From an uncultured Pelagibacteraceae bacterium (GTDB lineage: Bacteria > Pseudomonadota > Alphaproteobacteria > Pelagibacterales > Pelagibacteraceae): 64,000 bases of DNA. The notes beneath the pieces were generated by a model. The model ran no database searches, was not told the origin of the DNA, and worked only from the letters and a program-made list of their open reading frames with translations. Below are positions 58,929-64,000 of this stretch, one piece after another. Within the stretch, counting starts at the first letter, position 1, and the number at the start of each line of letters is the position of its first letter. The DNA lies in assembly GCA_902590535.1 (NCBI GenBank), contig CACIXF010000002.1, positions 4,105-68,104 of the forward strand. Reading direction: 5' to 3'. A program made the translations under genes and the position numbers.

Positions 58929-59900
58929 TTATTTGTAAGCAGATAAAACTGCAGCACCTCTGTCTCCAGCTTTTGCTTTCCATTCTTCAGACATTGTTGC
59001 TCCAACTTTTTCAAAATGTTTTTTCAAAGCTGAATTAACTTCGCCTACTTCCATTCCAGCATCTGCTAAAGCTTTCTTGTCTCCAGTATTACCTTGTTTA
59101 GATAATTCCCAACCCTTTTCTTCAGCAATTGCTGCTTGGTTCATTACTAAATCCTGAGTTGCTTTATCAAGTTTATTCCAAGCGGCTTTATTAGCTATAA
59201 TCATATTTTTTGGAAACCATGCTGCTATATCATAAAAATATTTAACACCATTTTCCCAAATCTTGCTATTTTTTCCAGTTGTAGGAGAAGTAATCATACT
59301 TTCAACAGCACCTGTAGAAAAAGCTTGGCTAATTTCAGCAGCTTCAATTTTTGTTGGCGCCATTCCTGTTAACTCCGCAATTCTAATTGTTGCAGAGTTG
59401 TATGCTCTAAATTTTAATCCATTTAGATCACCAACTTTTTTGATTTGCTTTTTACTGTAAAGCCCTTGTGCAGGCCATGGCACTGCATAAAGAAATACTA
59501 GTCCTTTTTCATCCAGACTCTTAACAATATATGGCTTTGAAGCTTCATATAATCTCATAGCATCATCATAAGTAGTTGCTAAGAAAGGTAATGAGTCAAT
59601 TTCATATAAAGGGTCTTCTTTTCCAAGAGCCGACATGAATCTTTCACCAATAGGTGCTTGACCTGTTCTTACAGCTCTGAAAATTTCACCACCTTTAAAT
59701 AATGAACCACCTGGGTGAGTAACAATTGTAAGCTTTCCACCACTTTTTTCAGTTATATTCTTTGCAAATTCTGTTGCATTAGCAGAATGAAAGTTTCCAG
59801 CACCATAAGCGAGTGCCATATCCCATTTTTCAGCTAAAGAAACGTTTGCAAATAACAATACTGAAGTAATTATAGATATAAATAATTTGAATAATTTCAT
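58929..59900 (-). CDS. dctP: TRAP substrate-binding protein (pyroglutamate-binding candidate)
   Basis: Signal peptide, WDMA..Y...NFH, VPWP.QGLY, GLKFR, conserved Arg; strong AGGAGGA Shine-Dalgarno upstream. Confidence 0.9.
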   Translation of the reverse strand: MKLFKLFISIITSVLLFANVSLAEKWDMALAYGAGNFHSANATEFAKNITEKSGGKLTIVTHPGGSLFKGGEIFRAVRTGQAPIGERFMSALGKEDPLYEIDSLPFLATTYDDAMRLYEASKPYIVKSLDEKGLVFLYAVPWPAQGLYSKKQIKKVGDLNGLKFRAYNSATIRIAELTGMAPTKIEAAEISQAFSTGAVESMITSPTTGKNSKIWENGVKYFYDIAAWFPKNMIIANKAAWNKLDKATQDLVMNQAAIAEEKGWELSKQGNTGDKKALADAGMEVGEVNSALKKHFEKVGATMSEEWKAKAGDRGAAVLSAYK

Positions 59901-60011
59901 CTATCCTCCTTTTTAAAAGTCTTATTTAATTATTTCCTAAAGGCTAAATCAATAAAAATTTCACATCAGTCTAATTGAAAATTTCACTGATTGTACTATT
60001 ATGTATTCATT

Positions 60012-60623
60012 TTGATTGAAGAACTCATAATTCTAACCAATATAATTTTTATCACAATTATATTAACAGCAGATAATGCAGTGATCGTTGGATCTATCGC
60101 TTCTAATTTTGTTCCAAAAAATAGAAAACAAATAATTCTTTGGGGTGTAATTGGAGCTTTTGTATTTAAAATTTTTTTTGCAATTTTTGCGACCTTTTTA
60201 TTTGAATTTTATTTTATAAAGATTTTAGGTGGTTTATTACTGATTTGGATTGTAAATGATTTAAGGAAAGATTTACTAGACATTAAAAAAGTAAAACCCA
60301 CTACTAAAAAAGGGAAAGAACCTTCATACATTAGTAGCATTGGAAAAGTATTATTTGCAGATATCATGATTAGTTTTGATAATGTCATTGGAGTAGTTGC
60401 AGCGGCAAAAGGATATTTTGGATTTATGATATTTGGACTGATGTTATCAGTTGTTCTGACTGGTGCTTTAGCAACATATATGGCTAATTATATACAAAGA
60501 CATATTTGGATAGCTTATATCGGCTTAGTATTTATCTTAATCGTTGGTCTACAATTAGTAATTGGCGGATTAGTTGACCTTGAAATATTAAATATTAATG
60601 AAGAATTTAAAAAATACTTTTAA
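60012..60623 (+). CDS. TerC/YjbE family membrane protein
   Basis: DNAVIV, GGLLL.W and AD.M.S.DNV.GV.AAA motifs; start uncertain (TTG 59991 or 60012). Confidence 0.8.
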   Translation: MIEELIILTNIIFITIILTADNAVIVGSIASNFVPKNRKQIILWGVIGAFVFKIFFAIFATFLFEFYFIKILGGLLLIWIVNDLRKDLLDIKKVKPTTKKGKEPSYISSIGKVLFADIMISFDNVIGVVAAAKGYFGFMIFGLMLSVVLTGALATYMANYIQRHIWIAYIGLVFILIVGLQLVIGGLVDLEILNINEEFKKYF

Positions 60624-61397
60624 TTAGAAAGAATTTTTTTTATTAGGAAATTTAATTTTTCTAACTTCTTTTGAGTAATTTGAAACAGCTTTAGAAATAT
60701 CTTTTCTAATATTTGCATATTTTTTTACAAACTTATAATTCATCGGATTTAAGCCAATTAAATCATCAAAAACTAATATTTGACCATCACAATATTTAGA
60801 AGCTCCAATCCCTATTGTTGGCACTGTAATATTTTGACTAACAATTTTTGCTAAAGAAGTCTCAACACATTCTAAAACAATAGAAAATACTCCAGCTTTT
60901 TCTAACAATTGCGAGTCTCTTATAATGTGATCTCTCTCTAGCTTTCTTTTGCCTTTAAATTTAAAAGTTTTATCTGACTGAGGAAGTAGCCCTAAATGAC
61001 CCATAACCGGAATTTTATTTTTAACTAAAGTTTTAATTGTTTCGTAAATTTTTTTTCCACCTTCCAATTTTACTCCATCACATTTAGTTTTTTTCATTAT
61101 TTGTTTTGCATTTTTCAATGCTTCTTTAGGAGTTCGATAAGTGTTATGTGGCATATCAACAATCATTAAACTTTTTTTTATACCCATTCTCACACTTTTA
61201 GAGTGTTCAATCATAGTACTCAAAGTTACTTCTCTTGTAGATTTATAATTGTATAAAACCGAACCAAGAGAATCTCCAACAAGTATAATATCGCAATGAT
61301 TATCTAAAATTGATGCAATGTTTTTTGAGTAAGCGGTTAAACTTACAATTTTTTGTTTATTTTTTTTTTTAATTAAATCTGAAATTTTTTTTTTCAT
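60624..61397 (-). CDS. panB: 3-methyl-2-oxobutanoate hydroxymethyltransferase
   Basis: LTAY, ILVGDSLG, VDMP, VKLEGG, GHLGL.PQ, TIGIGA, DGQILV. Confidence 0.95.
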   Translation of the reverse strand: MKKKISDLIKKKNKQKIVSLTAYSKNIASILDNHCDIILVGDSLGSVLYNYKSTREVTLSTMIEHSKSVRMGIKKSLMIVDMPHNTYRTPKEALKNAKQIMKKTKCDGVKLEGGKKIYETIKTLVKNKIPVMGHLGLLPQSDKTFKFKGKRKLERDHIIRDSQLLEKAGVFSIVLECVETSLAKIVSQNITVPTIGIGASKYCDGQILVFDDLIGLNPMNYKFVKKYANIRKDISKAVSNYSKEVRKIKFPNKKNSF

Positions 61398-61401
61398 CGA
61401 C

Positions 61402-61821
61402 TTACCAAGAGCCAGTATTTTCCATAGAAGCCCAAGGTTCTTTAGGTTCTAAATTTCCTTCTTGGAGAATTTCAATTGAAATTTTGTCTGGTGATCTAAC
61501 AAAAGCCATATGGCCATCTCTTGGAGGTCTATTAATAGTATAACCCATATCCATTAATCTTTGACAAGTTTCATAAATATTATCTACTCTATAGGCAAGA
61601 TGACCAAAATTTCTTGAACCTTCTCCAAGCTCATCACCATCCCAATTATAAGTTAATTCTATTTCTGCTTTTTCATCATTTGGTGCAGCAAGAAAAATTA
61701 ATGTAAATCTTCCTTTTTCATTTTCCATTCTTCTTGTTTCTTTTAAACCAAGCCCATCGCAAAAAAATCTTAGAGATTCATCTACGTCTTTAACTCTAAT
61801 CATTGTGTGTAAATATTTCAT
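61402..61821 (-). CDS. gloA: Lactoylglutathione lyase (glyoxalase I)
   Basis: YLHTMIRV, ELTYNWD, FGHLA, RPPRDG.MAF..SPD. Confidence 0.9.
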   Translation of the reverse strand: MKYLHTMIRVKDVDESLRFFCDGLGLKETRRMENEKGRFTLIFLAAPNDEKAEIELTYNWDGDELGEGSRNFGHLAYRVDNIYETCQRLMDMGYTINRPPRDGHMAFVRSPDKISIEILQEGNLEPKEPWASMENTGSW

Positions 61822-61843
61822 AATGTTAATTTATAATTAAAAA

Positions 61844-63406
61844 CTACTCTAATTCAATAGTGCTAGGTGGTTTTGAAGTAACATCATACACTACTCTGTT
61901 TATACCCCTTATGCTGTTAACTATTTTGTTTGATATAGTTTGCATAAAAGACTTTTTAAATTCATAATAATCTGCAGTCATTCCGTCTTCAGATGTAATT
62001 GCTCTTAATAAACATAAGTATTCATAAGTACGATTGTCTCCCATAACACCTACAGTTTTAACTGGCAGCAATGCTGCATAAGCTTGCCAAATCTTATGAT
62101 AAAGATCGTGATCTTTTAAAGCTTGAATAAAATAATAGTCAGCCTCTTTTAGAATTTTAATTTTTTCATTAGTTATAATACCTGGCATTCGAATAGCCAA
62201 ACCTGGTCCAGGAAAAGGATGTCTTGAAATAATTTCTTTACTTAAATTTAACTCTAATCCTAATTTTCTTACCTCATCCTTAAATAAGAATTTTAGTGGT
62301 TCTACTAATTTTAAATTCATTTTTTTGGGTAAGCCACCGACATTATGATGTGATTTAATTTTAGAAGTTTGGCTTCCAGTAACAGATTTGCTCTCAATTA
62401 AATCTGGATAAAGAGTGCCCTGAGCTAAAAATTTAACATTTTTAATTTTCTTAGCGTATCGCTCGAAGATCTTAATAAATAAATTACCAATTATTTTTCT
62501 TTTTTTTTCTGGATCGGAAACATTTTTTAATTTTTTTAAGAATTCCTTTTCAGCATTTACATAAATTAAATTCATTTTTAAACGCTTCTTAAAAGTTTGA
62601 ACTACTTGTGTTTCCTCATTTTTTCTTAAAAGGCCTGTGTTCACAAAAACACAATAAAGTTTTTTTCCAATAGCTTTATTCAGTAATTGACCAACTACAC
62701 TACTATCCACACCTCCTGATAATGCACAAATAACTTTGTTATTTCCAACTTGAGTTCTAACATCTTTAATAAGCTGATTTTTTTGATCCCTAGAGGACCA
62801 ATTTTTTTTAATTTTACAAATTAAAAAAATGAAATTACTTATTAATTTCTTTCCATTCTCTGTATGAGTTACTTCGGGATGAAATTGTACCCCATAATAT
62901 TTTTTTATTTTATTTTCAACAATTGCAAATTTTGAATTAGTGCTTGATGCAACAACTTTAAAATTCTTAGGCAGTTTTGAAACTTGATCAGCATGGCTCA
63001 TCCAAACTTGCTTGGATTTTTTATTTCCAAAAAAATTAGTTGTTAAAAGACTGTTATTTTTTTTATAAACATTAGCTAGACCAAATTCTCTATGTTTTGA
63101 TTGTTTTACTCTTCCACCGTTTAGTTTTGATAAAATTTGATGTCCAAAACATATTCCAAGAACTGGTATATCAAGTTGTAAAATTTTTTTATCTAATGAA
63201 TATTTATTTATTTGATAAACATTTAGTGGGCCACCAGATAATACTATTCCTTTAATGCTATTGTTTATATCTTTTAGTTTTATTTTTTTGTGACTTACTA
63301 TTTCTGAAAAGACACCTAATTCTCTTACTCTTCTTGCAATTAATTGAGTAAATTGAGAACCAAAATCAATTATTAAGATTTTGTTAAGATTTTGATCAAG
63401 ACTCAT
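61844..63406 (-). CDS. guaA: GMP synthase (glutamine-hydrolysing)
   Basis: [37 protein letters not shown]. Confidence 0.97.
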   Translation of the reverse strand: MSLDQNLNKILIIDFGSQFTQLIARRVRELGVFSEIVSHKKIKLKDINNSIKGIVLSGGPLNVYQINKYSLDKKILQLDIPVLGICFGHQILSKLNGGRVKQSKHREFGLANVYKKNNSLLTTNFFGNKKSKQVWMSHADQVSKLPKNFKVVASSTNSKFAIVENKIKKYYGVQFHPEVTHTENGKKLISNFIFLICKIKKNWSSRDQKNQLIKDVRTQVGNNKVICALSGGVDSSVVGQLLNKAIGKKLYCVFVNTGLLRKNEETQVVQTFKKRLKMNLIYVNAEKEFLKKLKNVSDPEKKRKIIGNLFIKIFERYAKKIKNVKFLAQGTLYPDLIESKSVTGSQTSKIKSHHNVGGLPKKMNLKLVEPLKFLFKDEVRKLGLELNLSKEIISRHPFPGPGLAIRMPGIITNEKIKILKEADYYFIQALKDHDLYHKIWQAYAALLPVKTVGVMGDNRTYEYLCLLRAITSEDGMTADYYEFKKSFMQTISNKIVNSIRGINRVVYDVTSKPPSTIELE

Positions 63407-63836
63407 TATTTTCAGGTTCTATATTTTTTAATGACTCTTGAATATCTCTGTTTTCATCACATAAATTTTTACAAACTTTTACAAACTTATCTGAAAGATC
63501 TTTGACTTTTTCATAATTAGATTTTTCTAAAGCAATTTTCATTAACATTAATAAAGCTTCCTCGTTATCGGGCTGAATTAAAAGCGTTGTTTCTAAATTA
63601 TATTCTTCTTTTCTTTGGTTTTCTTCTTGATTATAAATTTTTGCTAAATATAAATATGAGTTTGCATCTTTTGGATTAAAAACAATATTTCTCTCAAATA
63701 AAAAACGCGCATCCTCATATTTTTCTTTTTTAAACAATTCTAGGGCTTCATTAAAAAAATTTTCTTTACTAAAAGACGTGCTGTTAAAAGAAGCTGTTAG
63801 AAGTATTAATCCTATTAATTTGAAAAATTTACTCAT
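63396..63836 (-). CDS. Secreted TPR-like protein
   Basis: Signal peptide; A...F..E.Y..A...F and [15 protein letters not shown] units. Confidence 0.7.
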   Translation of the reverse strand: MSKFFKLIGLILLTASFNSTSFSKENFFNEALELFKKEKYEDARFLFERNIVFNPKDANSYLYLAKIYNQEENQRKEEYNLETTLLIQPDNEEALLMLMKIALEKSNYEKVKDLSDKFVKVCKNLCDENRDIQESLKNIEPENNES

Positions 63837-64000
63837 TAATATTTACTATCGTTTTTTACCACATCTACATTATGAACCATACTTTCATAAAATCCAGCTT
63901 TTGTAATTTTCACAAATTGTGGTTTATTTCTTAATTTAATGATTGTTTTTGATCCAAGATAACCCATAGAAGATTTCAATCCACCAATTAATTTATAAAT
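63836..64000 (-). CDS. guaB: IMP dehydrogenase, 3' end only
   Basis: The minus frame reads IYKLIGGLKSSMGYLG...FVKITKAGFYESMVHNV...Y*; upstream of guaA. Confidence 0.88.
   Translation of the reverse strand: MYKLIGGLKSSMGYLGSKTIIKLRNKPQFVKITKAGFYESMVHNVDVVKNDSKY

Noticed and set aside
1318-59460. Numerous 60-125 aa ORFs antisense to or nested in longer genes (e.g. 8781..9050, 29017..29361, 32505..32843, 44401..44772)
   Set aside because: These are shadow ORFs of well-supported genes, with no motifs or initiation signals.
59901-60011. yybP-ykoY manganese riboswitch upstream of the TerC-family gene
   Set aside because: The spacer is AT-rich with no recognisable stems or conserved core.

Overview
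Very AT-rich, gene-dense alphaproteobacterial chromosome segment with tiny intergenic spacers. Gene content and style most resemble Candidatus Pelagibacter (SAR11); this assignment is an inference. From left to right: LPS transport and housekeeping genes (lptF/G/D, surA-like, pdxA, rsmA, gmk, acpP-fabG-fabD, rpsF-rpsR-rplI, dnaB, an MMPL transporter, cvpA-purF); an HD protein, gshA-gshB, DMT and MFS transporters; a MOSC / PhyH dioxygenase / 2x Gfo-Idh-MocA block; a small accessory insertion at about 26.1-28.7 kb; a DMT-creatinase-amidinotransferase-threonine aldolase operon; Moco and NAD-linked formate dehydrogenase genes with selO; tspO and an SDR-DUF3833-cfa-DUF1365-FAD oxidoreductase cluster resembling the furan fatty acid pathway; gcvTHP behind a tandem glycine riboswitch; pxpABC with a TRAP transporter; terC-like, panB, gloA, guaA and partial guaB. 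Five genes carry a +1 homopolymer frameshift, most likely sequencing error. The most unusual structure is an integrase-free 2.5 kb cassette. It is bounded by a perfect 63-bp direct repeat of the 5' end of a small gene, carries paired ACTCGA(AAC) arm-like repeats inside both ends and a dif-like 28-mer at the left junction, and encodes one secreted 708-aa SHOCT protein. No rRNA, tRNA, CRISPR array, transposase or integrase was seen.
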